Assembly: GCA_037442105.1 (NCBI GenBank) | Contig: JBBIQV010000003.1 | Location: forward strand, 8,990-63,569 | Length of the DNA: 54,580 bases | Direction of reading: 5' to 3' | DNA from: Nitrospiraceae bacterium | GTDB taxonomy: Bacteria > Nitrospirota > Nitrospiria > Nitrospirales > Nitrospiraceae | Part shown: piece by piece, positions 29,463 to 37,997 of the stretch | Numbering within the stretch: position 1 is the stretch's first letter | Layout: the number at the start of each line of letters is the position of its first letter | Made by a program: the position numbers and the translations under genes | The notes under the pieces: generated by a model | Database searches by the model: none | What the model saw: the letters and a program-made list of their open reading frames with translations, nothing else | Told to the model about the DNA's origin: nothing

Positions 29463-29876
29463 TCAGCTAGAAAATGCACCGGGAGTCATCGGCCGATGCG
29501 CTTTACAAGGGCAGCGGCTTCGTGCAAGGTCTCTGTGAGTGTTGGACCAGAAGCAGCGTAGAGAGCTTGTCGTGCAGGTGCTTATGATGCGGGTATGAGG
29601 GCAGGCGTCGCGCGCAGGGTCGCGGGCGTTGTCGTAGCGAAGGATGAGACAGCCGTCCGCCGTCACATACTGATAAGCGTACTTGAGCCGAGTCACGGTC
29701 GGGCTGAGCTGGAGAAATTCCTTGAAGTGGAGGACGGAGCCGTCGGCAAACGCCGCTGAGCCTCTTACGATTCCAGCGACCGGGGGACGGTCTTCATAGG
29801 CGAGAGAGTGCGAGACGACGTGCCGGGTTTCAAGGATCGTGGAGCGAATTCGTGATGTGTAGTCCGCTATGGGCAT
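29463..29876 (-). pseudogene. TumE-family (DUF6516-like) toxin-antitoxin toxin gene, C-terminal part frameshifted
   Basis: The N-terminal ~85 aa (FADGSVLHFKEF ... YAYQYVTADGCLILRYDNA) fit the family pattern. The expected PHHKH and ...PTLTETLHEAAALVKRIGR continuations are found only in the +2 and +1 frames (stops at 29503 and 29486). Confidence 0.5.
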
Positions 29877-30364
29877 ACTTCGAGCTGGTCGAGATGCTTG
29901 AGGGCGTTTTGCAACGTCCGGTGAAGCTCCAACTCGCCTTCCAGCTCCAGGAGCGCCTGTTCATTCTCTTCTGTTCTGGTGACGGTACCTTCCAGCACTT
30001 GGGCGGGGGCAACGCCGAGTTCCCTGATGAGTGCCGCAATCCGAGAAGGTGCTCCGTGGTACTCCGCTTTGTCTGATGATGGCGTAGAGTGTGCTAAGGC
30101 GGAATCCGACAGACCTCGCGGCCAGAGAGCCTCCGCATCTCACCCATGCGCGGCTTCGAAACGAGTGATAAAGACCTGCGTGTGGAGGCGGCGCTCAACC
30201 TCGGTGGGATCGGCGCATTCCAGAAAGAGTTCGACGGCCTCCTTCAGATTCGCGGTGGCTTCTTCGACCGTCTCGCCCTGGCTGGCCACATCCAGCTCCG
30301 GGCAGAGTGCGACTTAGCCTTGCCCTTCTTTCTCGATGATCGCGGTATAGCTACGCATGGTCAT
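29867..30364 (-). pseudogene. hicB-like (UPF0150) antitoxin reading frame interrupted by two in-frame stops (TAA at 30314-30316, TGA at 30140-30142); the 3' end overlaps the tumE-like start
   Basis: MTMRSYTAIIEKEGQG[*]VALCPELDVASQGETVEEATANLKEAVELFLE is a clear HicB N-domain with the conserved Tyr codon replaced by TAA. The same frame continues 90 codons (…RIAALIRELGVAPAQVLEG…) and ends in the ATGcccaTAG overlap with the tumE-like gene. Confidence 0.55.
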
Positions 30365-30525
30365 GAGGCCCCTCCTTGAGGGGCACACGGCGGTCCTTAC
30401 TGTAACACAAGTCGAAGTAAGGGGGACGAAACATCTTCGCAAGTCAATCAAAGGCCCGTCATTCATGCAATGAGCGAACTGGTTGGTGAAATGAGAATTT
30501 CGAGGCAAAATTCCTGAGCCTTCTC

Positions 30526-30625
30526 TATTGGCCGGGCACCGGTGTCGGTTCCCCTGCGGCCGTCGAACGGCCGCTTTCTGAAGCGGGGGTTCCGGGAGCA
30601 CTGGACCGGTACCGGTGCCCGGCCC
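30526..30625. repeat. Structured palindromic element: perfect 14-bp inverted repeat GGCCGGGCACCGGT ... ACCGGTGCCCGGCC enclosing internal hairpins
   Basis: Read directly; the element lies immediately 3' of the minus-strand ferredoxin gene stop; no T-run follows the stem. Confidence 0.4.
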
Positions 30626-30629
30626 ACCC

Positions 30630-30932
30630 CTACTTCTTCTGCGGCGCCAGCATCTTGTCCCCCTTCCTGAACACCGCATAGATCGCCTGCGAGGGACAGG
30701 CATCCAGGCACAGCCGGCAGCTTTCCAGGCAACGCGCCGCATCGAATTTATACGGCGGGGTTGAAAGCCACGCGCTCGTTGGACAGATCGGGACGCAGAT
30801 GGCTTGATGGGTGCAGCGGTCCGGGTGGCGGACGAGGTGATCGCGAACGACCATCATGGGTTTGACTCCTTCGAAGAGACCTTGCGAGAAGATCTCGAAC
30901 ATGTTCTTTTTCGGGATGCTGCTCACTTCCAC
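30630..30932 (-). CDS. Small 4Fe-4S ferredoxin-type protein (two Cys clusters, first with atypical spacing)
   Basis: CTHQAICVPICP and CLESCRLCLDACP motifs; true start may be the internal MMVV (about 76 aa). Confidence 0.55.
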   Translation of the reverse strand: MEVSSIPKKNMFEIFSQGLFEGVKPMMVVRDHLVRHPDRCTHQAICVPICPTSAWLSTPPYKFDAARCLESCRLCLDACPSQAIYAVFRKGDKMLAPQKK

Positions 30933-31336
30933 TCCTTGACAAGTTCTTTGAGCCGCTCTTTCAGTTCCGGAATCTGGTCCAGGTTATTCTGAATCGCGCC
31001 GAGAATCTTTTCCAGCCGAGCGGACTTGCGCGCCTCTTGATCCCTCTTTGCCAGGCAGTCGTACTCCTTGTACGCCTCACGGTGTTTGGGCTCGAGATGT
31101 TTTCTGGCATCCACCAGGGCTTGGCCGAGTTCCCATGGTTCCGGCGCGAGCGGCGGAACGGCGGCAAATGAGCCGTCTGTAAACACGAGGACCGCTGCTC
31201 TCTCCTTGCCTCGCAACGGTACGACTGCTGCCACGGTCTTTCCCGATGCTTGATCCCAAGCCGTCAGTAGGCCAGGGAACTGTTTCATGAAGGCCACTTT
31301 CTCTTGGTTAGCCTTCCACTTGTCGTCCATTGACAT
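30923..31336 (-). CDS. Hypothetical protein (137 aa)
   Basis: ORF between the two ferredoxin genes, overlapping the downstream one by 10 nt; charged, helical; no motif. Confidence 0.4.
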   Translation of the reverse strand: MSMDDKWKANQEKVAFMKQFPGLLTAWDQASGKTVAAVVPLRGKERAAVLVFTDGSFAAVPPLAPEPWELGQALVDARKHLEPKHREAYKEYDCLAKRDQEARKSARLEKILGAIQNNLDQIPELKERLKELVKEWK

Positions 31337-31365
31337 GGTGCTTATGGGCAGAGGCGGTAGGAGAA

Positions 31366-31719
31366 CTACCCCAATTTTAACGGTTCAAGCTTTGTGGGCA
31401 CGGGTTGATCTGGCATCAACAGTCGGGTGACGATCTCGCCTTTGAGGACGTGGCGCTCCATGATTTCGGTCACGTCGGCTTCATTGGCGACCCAATACCA
31501 GACTCCCTCCGGGTAGATGACGACGCTCGGACCCATCGAGCAGTGGTCAAGACAGCCTGCCTTGTTCGCGCGCACGAGCCCCTTCAGATTGAGCCGTTTC
31601 GTTTCGCTTTTGAAATGGGCATGGAGTTTTTCTGACCCCAGGTTGGCGCAACAGCCGCGCGGGTCGTCTTTGGGACGCTGGTTGATGCACACGAAGATAT
31701 GACGCTTGAACGGGGGCAT
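31366..31719 (-). CDS. Thioredoxin-like [2Fe-2S] ferredoxin family protein
   Basis: HIFVCINQRP ... RGCCA ... GCLDHCSMGPSVVIYPEGVWY matches the (2Fe-2S) Trx-like ferredoxin pattern. Confidence 0.7.
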   Translation of the reverse strand: MPPFKRHIFVCINQRPKDDPRGCCANLGSEKLHAHFKSETKRLNLKGLVRANKAGCLDHCSMGPSVVIYPEGVWYWVANEADVTEIMERHVLKGEIVTRLLMPDQPVPTKLEPLKLG

Positions 31720-31732
31720 GACGCACTTGACA

Positions 31733-32116
31733 TTAGGCCGGCATGGTGGCGGTGTTGAGCCGTTCGATCAGGAATGTTACCTCTGCGCTTGCCAACAACG
31801 GTGAAGCGGCGGGGGCGGCGTCGAGGATGGTGACGATCTCCCGAAGACGGAGCGAGGCTCGTCGAAACTCTTCGTTCTTGGCGAGCTCGGAAGGCTGTCC
31901 GCCCGTGAGCTTGTCGAACTCCGCGCGGATATCGCGGAAGTCCCGCTGGAGGTTTTTCAGCATCGAACAGGATTCGCAGTACCACTTGGGACTTTGATCG
32001 GCCGAGGGGGACAGGCGATCGTAGGCCCGGCCGAAGAAATCCTTGCCCAGCGACAACTTCATCAAGGGCTTGCCTGTCGCCCCACAGGCGTGACAAGTTC
32101 CGGCAGCGTCGTTCAT
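31733..32116 (-). CDS. Hypothetical zinc-ribbon protein (CxxC ... CxxC)
   Basis: CHACG ... CESC pairs near the N-terminus; otherwise no recognised domain. Confidence 0.4.
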   Translation of the reverse strand: MNDAAGTCHACGATGKPLMKLSLGKDFFGRAYDRLSPSADQSPKWYCESCSMLKNLQRDFRDIRAEFDKLTGGQPSELAKNEEFRRASLRLREIVTILDAAPAASPLLASAEVTFLIERLNTATMPA

Positions 32117-32224
32117 AGGGCTTCTCCTCCGATGGCGTGAACGGAAAACGGAGTGGCATCTTACACCAGGGTTCGAGAAAGTGTCTATGGTCGTGGCTTG
32201 TACTTTTGGTGGGGTCTTCCTTCT

Positions 32225-32425
32225 CTAAGAATGCGCGTATAATGAATATGGCTGTCTTGAAAATGCGGGTCCTGTCGCCGAGCAGCCCAACCGTGCTCGC
32301 ACCCCCGCCGGGTGTGGGGACCCCCGCTGCGCGCGCTCGGTGAAGGACCGCGTCTTGGCGCGGTCGGGGCGGGCGGGTGAGACCGGCGCCCAGCTCGCTG
32401 CCCCCCGCATTCTTAAGACAGCCAT
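32225..32425 (+). promoter_or_regulatory. Structured GC-rich 5' leader of ald: TATAAT box (32238-32243), then a 22-bp closing stem (32248-32269 / 32404-32425, 2 mismatches) around a ~134-nt, ~75% GC core with internal hairpins
   Basis: Inverted repeat ATGGCTGTCTTGAAAATGCGGG / CCCGCATTCTTAAGACAGCCAT read directly; internal hairpin GACCGCG-TCTTGG-CGCGGTC; alternative pairing of the right arm with TAAGAATGCG at 32226-32235. Confidence 0.35.
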
Positions 32426-32470
32426 AAATAATATGATGCATGCAATCATATTTTTGGTGGAGGTCAACAG

Positions 32471-33574
32471 ATGATCATCGGCGTTCCTAAAGAGATCAAG
32501 GATCACGAATATCGAGTCAGCCTGACGCCGGATGGCGCGCAGACCCTTCACCAGGCAGGCCACGTGGTTGTGGTGGAGCCGTCAGCCGGGGTGGGCAGCG
32601 GGTTCGCCGATGACGAGTATCGAAAGGTCGGCGCAGAGATTGCCGCGTCCAAAGAGGAGGTGTTTCAACGGGCCGATCTCATCGTGAAAGTGAAGGAGCC
32701 GCAGCTTTCGGAATGTCGGCTGTTCCGACCGGGCCAACTCCTCTTCACCTATCTTCATCTGGCCTCGTTGCCGGAGGTGACGAAGGCGCTCTTGGAGACG
32801 CGTGTCACCGCGATTGCCTACGAAACCACGGAAGGCAAGGATGGCAGCCTGCCGATGCTCAAGCCGATGAGCGAGATTGCCGGGCGCATGGCGGTCCAGA
32901 TCGGTGCCCATTACCTGGAGCGGACCCAAGAGGGACGGGGAGTCTTGCTCGCCGGAGTGCCCGGGGTGGCGCCGGGCAAGGTTGTCGTGTTGGGGGCCGG
33001 CGTGGTGGGGAGTTCCGCGATCAGAATTGCCATCGGCATGGGGGCTCAGGTCACGGCGATCAATCTCGATCTCGAACGCCTCCGCTACCTCGATGACCTC
33101 TATTGCGGCAGGATTCTCACGATGGCTGCATCCCCGCAGGCGATCGAACTGGCGGTGGTGGAGGCCGACCTCGTGATCGGGGCGGTCCTTGTGCCTGGTG
33201 CGCGGGCACCCAAGTTGGTGCCCCGTACGGTGGTTTCGCGGATGAAGCCGGGATCGGTGGTGGTGGACGTGAGCGTGGACCAAGGGGGGTGTTTCGAGAC
33301 GACCCGTCCCACGACCCATTCCGAGCCAACGTACCTGGTCGATGGCGTCGTGCACTACTGTGTGGCCAATATGCCCGGCATTGTGCCCCGCACCTCCACA
33401 TTGGCCTTGACCAATGCCACGTTGCCCTTTATAGTCCGCCTGGCTTCAGAAGGGGTGGAACAGGCGATCCGGTCCGAACCTGGTCTTGCGAAGGGTGTGA
33501 ACCTGCGAGATGGCAAGGTGACTTGTCGTGGAGTCGCCGAAGCTCATGGGTTGCGTTTCGACCCTCTCCTGTAA
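32471..33574 (+). CDS. ald: Alanine dehydrogenase
   Basis: MIIGVPKEIKDHEYRVSLTPDG N-terminus, NAD-binding GAGVVG motif; 367 aa; GGTGGAGG RBS. Confidence 0.9.
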   Translation: MIIGVPKEIKDHEYRVSLTPDGAQTLHQAGHVVVVEPSAGVGSGFADDEYRKVGAEIAASKEEVFQRADLIVKVKEPQLSECRLFRPGQLLFTYLHLASLPEVTKALLETRVTAIAYETTEGKDGSLPMLKPMSEIAGRMAVQIGAHYLERTQEGRGVLLAGVPGVAPGKVVVLGAGVVGSSAIRIAIGMGAQVTAINLDLERLRYLDDLYCGRILTMAASPQAIELAVVEADLVIGAVLVPGARAPKLVPRTVVSRMKPGSVVVDVSVDQGGCFETTRPTTHSEPTYLVDGVVHYCVANMPGIVPRTSTLALTNATLPFIVRLASEGVEQAIRSEPGLAKGVNLRDGKVTCRGVAEAHGLRFDPLL

Positions 33575-33609
33575 GACACTAGTTGTATTGTTTGCCTCTG
33601 CTGATCAGT

Positions 33610-33688
<79 letters not shown>

Positions 33689-34021
33689 TCCCACTTCGCG
33701 CGTACCATGTGCTCACCATCGTTTTATCGTGATTGGCGGCACGGATAAATACCTCCGCTCTTATTCATTACAAACCAAGCTTGCTCAACCAGGAGTCTCA
33801 TAATTGACGCGATGGGGTGAAACCCTTCAGGGCGTTTTCTCCGCCGATTGCTGTCCCCTCCTCCAAGAATTTGCATTCTCCGTGCAACGCGCGGACGATA
33901 TGGAAAACACCGGCATATATTCTCAAATCGCGTGACGCATCACAGCATGTGTGAGAACATCCAACTCGTGCGAGGCAGACCGTGTCACGGCTGCGCGTCG
34001 GCGGCCAACGGTCGGTGAACG

Positions 34022-34318
34022 ATGGCCGATCCGTCAGGCGAACACCCGGTTCGCGCGACAATTCTCGTTAATGGTCTGGTCCAAGGGGTGGGGTATCGCG
34101 CATTTACCATTCAGGCAGCGGTCCGGAAAGGACTGAGCGGGGGAGTACGGAACTTGGACGACGGACGGGTCGAAATCGAAGTGGAAGGCCGAAAGGCGGT
34201 CATCGACGAGTTGATTGCCGAGTTGAAAGTCGGACCGTCGCGGGCACAAGTGACGTGGATCGATGTGCGGTGGGGAAAGGCGTCCGGCGTCTACCACGAC
34301 TTTCGCATCCGGTATTAA
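34022..34318 (+). CDS. acyP: Acylphosphatase
   Basis: VNGLVQGVGYRAF signature and a second conserved block; 98 aa. Confidence 0.85.
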   Translation: MADPSGEHPVRATILVNGLVQGVGYRAFTIQAAVRKGLSGGVRNLDDGRVEIEVEGRKAVIDELIAELKVGPSRAQVTWIDVRWGKASGVYHDFRIRY

Positions 34319-34340
34319 ACGGGCGTAAGCAGAGGCGTTC

Positions 34341-35315
34341 ATGGTGGAACACGAGGACGACGAACCGAACGACTCCCACGACGGGCGGGAGACCGAGGTT
34401 GTCGAGGAAGACGAGGACCTCGCAGATGCCCCGATCTCGCAGGTCAAGGTATCTCGCGGCAGAGCCAAGAGGGAGGATCAGAGCGAAGGGTTGGACACCC
34501 TCAAGACCTATCTGAGGGAAGTTCGGAATTCGTCGCTCCTGACTTTCAAGCAGGAGCAGCAATTGGGCAAGCGCGTCATGGCCGGTGACGAGCAGGCTCG
34601 TGCCCAAATGATCGAATCGAATCTCCGCCTCGTCATCAGCATCGGGAAACGGTACATGAACCGAGGGTTCCCTTTTTCCGATATCGTGGAGGAAGGTAAT
34701 CTCGGCCTCATTAAGGCGGTTGAGAAATTCAACTACAAGCGGGGATTTCGCTTCAGCACCTATGCGTCTTGGTGGATTCGGCAATACATCGAACGGGCGA
34801 TCATCAATCAGGGGAAGCTTGTTCGCCTTCCCGTGCATGTGGTCGAACGGCTGAATCGCTACCTTGCGAAGGTCGAGCAGTTGGTGCAGGAACTCGGACG
34901 GGAACCGACTGCTCAGGAAGTCGCCCAGCGAATGAAGACCGTAGAGGAAGAGGTCATCGACCTGAAGCAACTGGTTCGGACGACCTGTTCGCTTGATAGC
35001 CCCCTGCACGACCGGACGGATACCTTTCTGCGGGATGTGATCGAAGACCCCAACTGCATCTCACCGGCAGAAACGGCTGAAGGGGTGTTGCGTCGCCGGG
35101 AAATGATGGCGTGGGTCTCCGCATTACCCGAGAAGGAACGGACCGTGATCGTTTCGCGATTTGGGCTGGACGGCGACGAGGCGAAGACGCTGGAAGAAAT
35201 AGGCCGCGAACTGGGCCTGACCCGAGAGCGGGTCCGGCAAATCGAAACAGCGGCATTGGTCAGGCTTCGGGGAATGATCGAAAAAAAGACGATGCAGCGG
35301 GCCGACCTTTTGTAG
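34341..35315 (+). CDS. RNA polymerase sigma factor, sigma-70 family (group 1/2-like, RpoS/RpoD-type regions 1.2-4)
   Basis: Region 2 [58 protein letters not shown]; region 4 HTH at the C-terminus; acidic N-terminus. Confidence 0.85.
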   Translation: MVEHEDDEPNDSHDGRETEVVEEDEDLADAPISQVKVSRGRAKREDQSEGLDTLKTYLREVRNSSLLTFKQEQQLGKRVMAGDEQARAQMIESNLRLVISIGKRYMNRGFPFSDIVEEGNLGLIKAVEKFNYKRGFRFSTYASWWIRQYIERAIINQGKLVRLPVHVVERLNRYLAKVEQLVQELGREPTAQEVAQRMKTVEEEVIDLKQLVRTTCSLDSPLHDRTDTFLRDVIEDPNCISPAETAEGVLRRREMMAWVSALPEKERTVIVSRFGLDGDEAKTLEEIGRELGLTRERVRQIETAALVRLRGMIEKKTMQRADLL

Positions 35316-35329
35316 TACAGTGGCCCCCC

Positions 35330-35845
35330 ATGGATTACAAAGCCCTGATCCGGGAGGTTCCGGATTTCCCCAAGCCTGGCATCCTCTTTTACGATATCAC
35401 TACCTTGCTCAAGGACGCGAAAGCGCTTCAGCAGGTCACCGAAGAGCTCACCGCCAGATACCGCAGCCAGGGAATCACGAAAGTTGTCGGGATCGAGTCG
35501 CGGGGGTTCATTTTCGGTGGTACATTGGCGATCAGGCTTGGAGCCGGGTTTGTCCCGGTCCGGAAACCCGGCAAGTTGCCGGCGGATTGTTTTGAGGTGA
35601 GATACAATTTGGAGTACGGATCCAGTTCGTTGGCCATTCACCGGGACGCGATTGAGCTCGGTGAACGTATTCTCATCGTCGATGACCTGCTCGCGACGGG
35701 TGGGACGGCGGCGGCCACCGTGCAGTTGGTTCGCCAGTTAGGAGGAGAGATCGCGGGCCTGGATTTCCTGGTCGAACTGAAGGGCCTTAACGGACGGCAC
35801 AAACTCGCCGGGTATGACGTCCATTCCACCATCCTATACCCCTGA
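35330..35845 (+). CDS. apt: Adenine phosphoribosyltransferase
   Basis: PRTase motif [16 protein letters not shown]; typical Apt N-terminus [24 protein letters not shown]. Confidence 0.9.
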   Translation: MDYKALIREVPDFPKPGILFYDITTLLKDAKALQQVTEELTARYRSQGITKVVGIESRGFIFGGTLAIRLGAGFVPVRKPGKLPADCFEVRYNLEYGSSSLAIHRDAIELGERILIVDDLLATGGTAAATVQLVRQLGGEIAGLDFLVELKGLNGRHKLAGYDVHSTILYP

Positions 35846-35868
35846 TTCGCGCCAATTTCTTCCCATCG

Positions 35869-35898
35869 GGGCTTGTCAAACCGGACTTACCGTGCTAT
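35869..35898 (+). promoter_or_regulatory. Sigma70-like promoter candidate (TTGTCA-17 nt-TATGAA) upstream of the dksA-like gene
   Basis: Hexamers and spacing read directly from sequence. Confidence 0.35.
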
Positions 35899-35942
35899 GA
35901 ATGCCAAACTTTTTTCCTGCCCTCCGGACCTTTGTAGCGTGA

Positions 35943-36506
35943 ATGACTATGGCGAGCAAGGTGCAAGCAAAGAAAAAAACTGCGTCGCAGAGTAAGCCGA
36001 AGCCGCGGGCTGTGTCGAAGAACCGGTCCAAAGTGGTGCCTGTCGTTGAGGAGTCCTCACGCGCCGTGCATGCGCTCGTGGACGCGAAGCCCAAGGAGTC
36101 GGCGAAAGCCCGGGAAGCTAAGGACCGGCGCCGCGAAGCATTGCATCAGATGCTAATGCGCAAGCGCCAGGAGATCATGAAAGAAATCGAGGGGAGCCTG
36201 GGGCAGTCCTTAACCGAAGATCAACAGCGCCGGCTGGAATCGGCTCGGGACGTTGGGGATCAAGCCTTGATGGATCTTGATCGTGAGCTGGGTATCTCTT
36301 TGCTGGAGATGCGTAATCGCCGCCGACAACTCATCGATGAAGCGCTGACCAGGCTGACGGAGGGCACGTACGGCATTTGCGCGGAATGCGGAGTCGAGGT
36401 CAGCGAAAAGCGGCTCGAAGCGGTGCCGTTTGCCAAGTTGTGCGTCGAGTGCCAGTCGCAACAAGAATTGCTGGAGAAGATCGAGAAAGAGGAAGAACGC
36501 GACTAA
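35943..36506 (+). CDS. DksA/TraR-family C4 zinc-finger protein with Lys-rich N-terminal extension
   Basis: C-terminal CAECGVEVSEKRLEAVPFAKLCVECQ zinc finger and coiled-coil preceding it. Confidence 0.8.
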   Translation: MTMASKVQAKKKTASQSKPKPRAVSKNRSKVVPVVEESSRAVHALVDAKPKESAKAREAKDRRREALHQMLMRKRQEIMKEIEGSLGQSLTEDQQRRLESARDVGDQALMDLDRELGISLLEMRNRRRQLIDEALTRLTEGTYGICAECGVEVSEKRLEAVPFAKLCVECQSQQELLEKIEKEEERD

Positions 36507-36566
36507 GCTCCGCCCCCTTCCGGTTTGTGTAGTCCTCCTCCATCGCTTAGAATACTTCGTGTGTTC

Positions 36567-37262
36567 ATGAGAGCGGTTGTGCTTGCAAGTGGCGGTCTGG
36601 ATTCGACCGTGACGGCAGCTATCGCTAGACGGGATGGCTGCGAGCTCAACTTTCTGACGATTGCCTATGGGCAGCGTCATGCGATAGAAGTGGAACGGGC
36701 GCGCGCGGTCGGACGTTCTATGGGTGTGGCCGGGCACTTGGTATTGCCGCTGGATTTACGGATAATCGGCGGATCGGCGCTTACCGGCGACCTCGCAATT
36801 CCGAAGGGGCGCAGCGACGCTGAGCGAGAAACCGGAATTCCATCCACGTATGTGCCCGCTCGCAATACAATTTTTCTCTCGCTGGCACTTGCCTATGCCG
36901 AGGTGCTTGACGCCGGAGCCATCTATTTCGGCGCGAATGTATTAGATTACTCGGGCTATCCGGACTGCCGTCCGGAATTCATCAAGGCCTTCGAGGAGAT
37001 GGCGCGGCTGGGTACCAGGGCCGGTTCGACAGGTTGTCGGATTGAGGTGCGCGCTCCGTTGTTGAGTATGTCCAAGGCGGATATCGTGAGGGCCGGGCTC
37101 GCGTTGGGAGCACCTTTGCACTTGACGCATAGTTGTTACGACCCGGTTCACGGCGATCTTGCCTGTGGTCGTTGTGATAGTTGTCTGATCAGGCGCAAAG
37201 GATTTCAGGAAGCCGGTGTTGAGGACCCGATTCCATATGCGCGACGCCAGCTCCTTGAATGA
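36567..37262 (+). CDS. queC: 7-cyano-7-deazaguanine synthase
   Basis: VVLASGGLDSTV PP-loop, C-terminal Cys cluster (CYDPVHGDLACGRCDSC). Confidence 0.9.
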   Translation: MRAVVLASGGLDSTVTAAIARRDGCELNFLTIAYGQRHAIEVERARAVGRSMGVAGHLVLPLDLRIIGGSALTGDLAIPKGRSDAERETGIPSTYVPARNTIFLSLALAYAEVLDAGAIYFGANVLDYSGYPDCRPEFIKAFEEMARLGTRAGSTGCRIEVRAPLLSMSKADIVRAGLALGAPLHLTHSCYDPVHGDLACGRCDSCLIRRKGFQEAGVEDPIPYARRQLLE

Positions 37263-37271
37263 GACTGCCGT

Positions 37272-37463
37272 ATGTCGTCCGAAGAATTTTTCATGTATCT
37301 AACCATTGCGCTGGTGGTACTCGTGCCGATCGGAGTTCGTGTGTATCGGCTGGTGACAATGAAGCGGGCCACGGAGAAGCTGCGCCGGGAATTCGGCCGG
37401 ACGCCGGGTGAGACTCAGGGCACGGACCATTGTGAGCCGCGCGCGGAGCAGCGTCATCAATGA
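37272..37463 (+). CDS. Small single-TM hypothetical protein (63 aa)
   Basis: ORF only; one hydrophobic helix; weak RBS. Confidence 0.3.
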   Translation: MSSEEFFMYLTIALVVLVPIGVRVYRLVTMKRATEKLRREFGRTPGETQGTDHCEPRAEQRHQ

Positions 37464-37843
37464 TGATGAAGACCGAAACGATGTTGTGGGGCGTTGGCAT
37501 TCTGGTCCTCGTGTTGGCTGCGTGCGAGTCCGGTTCATCCCAGCCGGAAACTGGTCCGATCCCAGCGGAATTCCGGGCCGGCGAGACGAAGTTCAAAGCC
37601 AATTGCGCGGTCTGCCACGGTGAACGAGGGGGAGGGACCGATCACGGCCCTCCGCTCGTGCACAAGATTTATGAGCCGAATCATCACGGCGATCAGGCCT
37701 TCCAGATGGCGGCAGCCAGCGGAGTCCGTGCGCATCATTGGAATTTCGGCAACATGCCGAAGATCGAAACGGTGACTCCGAGTGACGTTGCCGACATCAT
37801 CGGGTACGTGCGGTGGCTCCAGCGTCAGGCGGGCATCCAGTAA
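37460..37843 (+). CDS. Class I c-type cytochrome (lipoprotein signal)
   Basis: CAVCHG heme-binding motif, signal peptide with LAAC lipobox; 127 aa. Confidence 0.8.
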   Translation: MMMKTETMLWGVGILVLVLAACESGSSQPETGPIPAEFRAGETKFKANCAVCHGERGGGTDHGPPLVHKIYEPNHHGDQAFQMAAASGVRAHHWNFGNMPKIETVTPSDVADIIGYVRWLQRQAGIQ

Positions 37844-37997
37844 ATCCTGCCGGTCCTTCCCCTCGTTTGACATTCCGAATCTCCGGTTCGTAAGGTAATA
37901 AAAAAGAATAGGTCGGTCCGGGGCCTCGTGCCTTCGGGTCAATCCCATCTGATGCCGGCGGTCCTTGAGCGGGCGGCTCATACGAGAGGAGGAGGTC

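Noticed and set aside
32137-32343. 68-aa plus-strand ORF inside the ald leader
   Set aside because: Lies within the palindrome-bounded GC-rich core; no RBS; translation is low complexity.
31584-32441. 285-aa minus-strand ORF across the ald leader
   Set aside because: Overlaps the zinc-ribbon gene in another frame and the GC-rich structured leader; Arg/Pro-rich; the region is better explained as non-coding structure.
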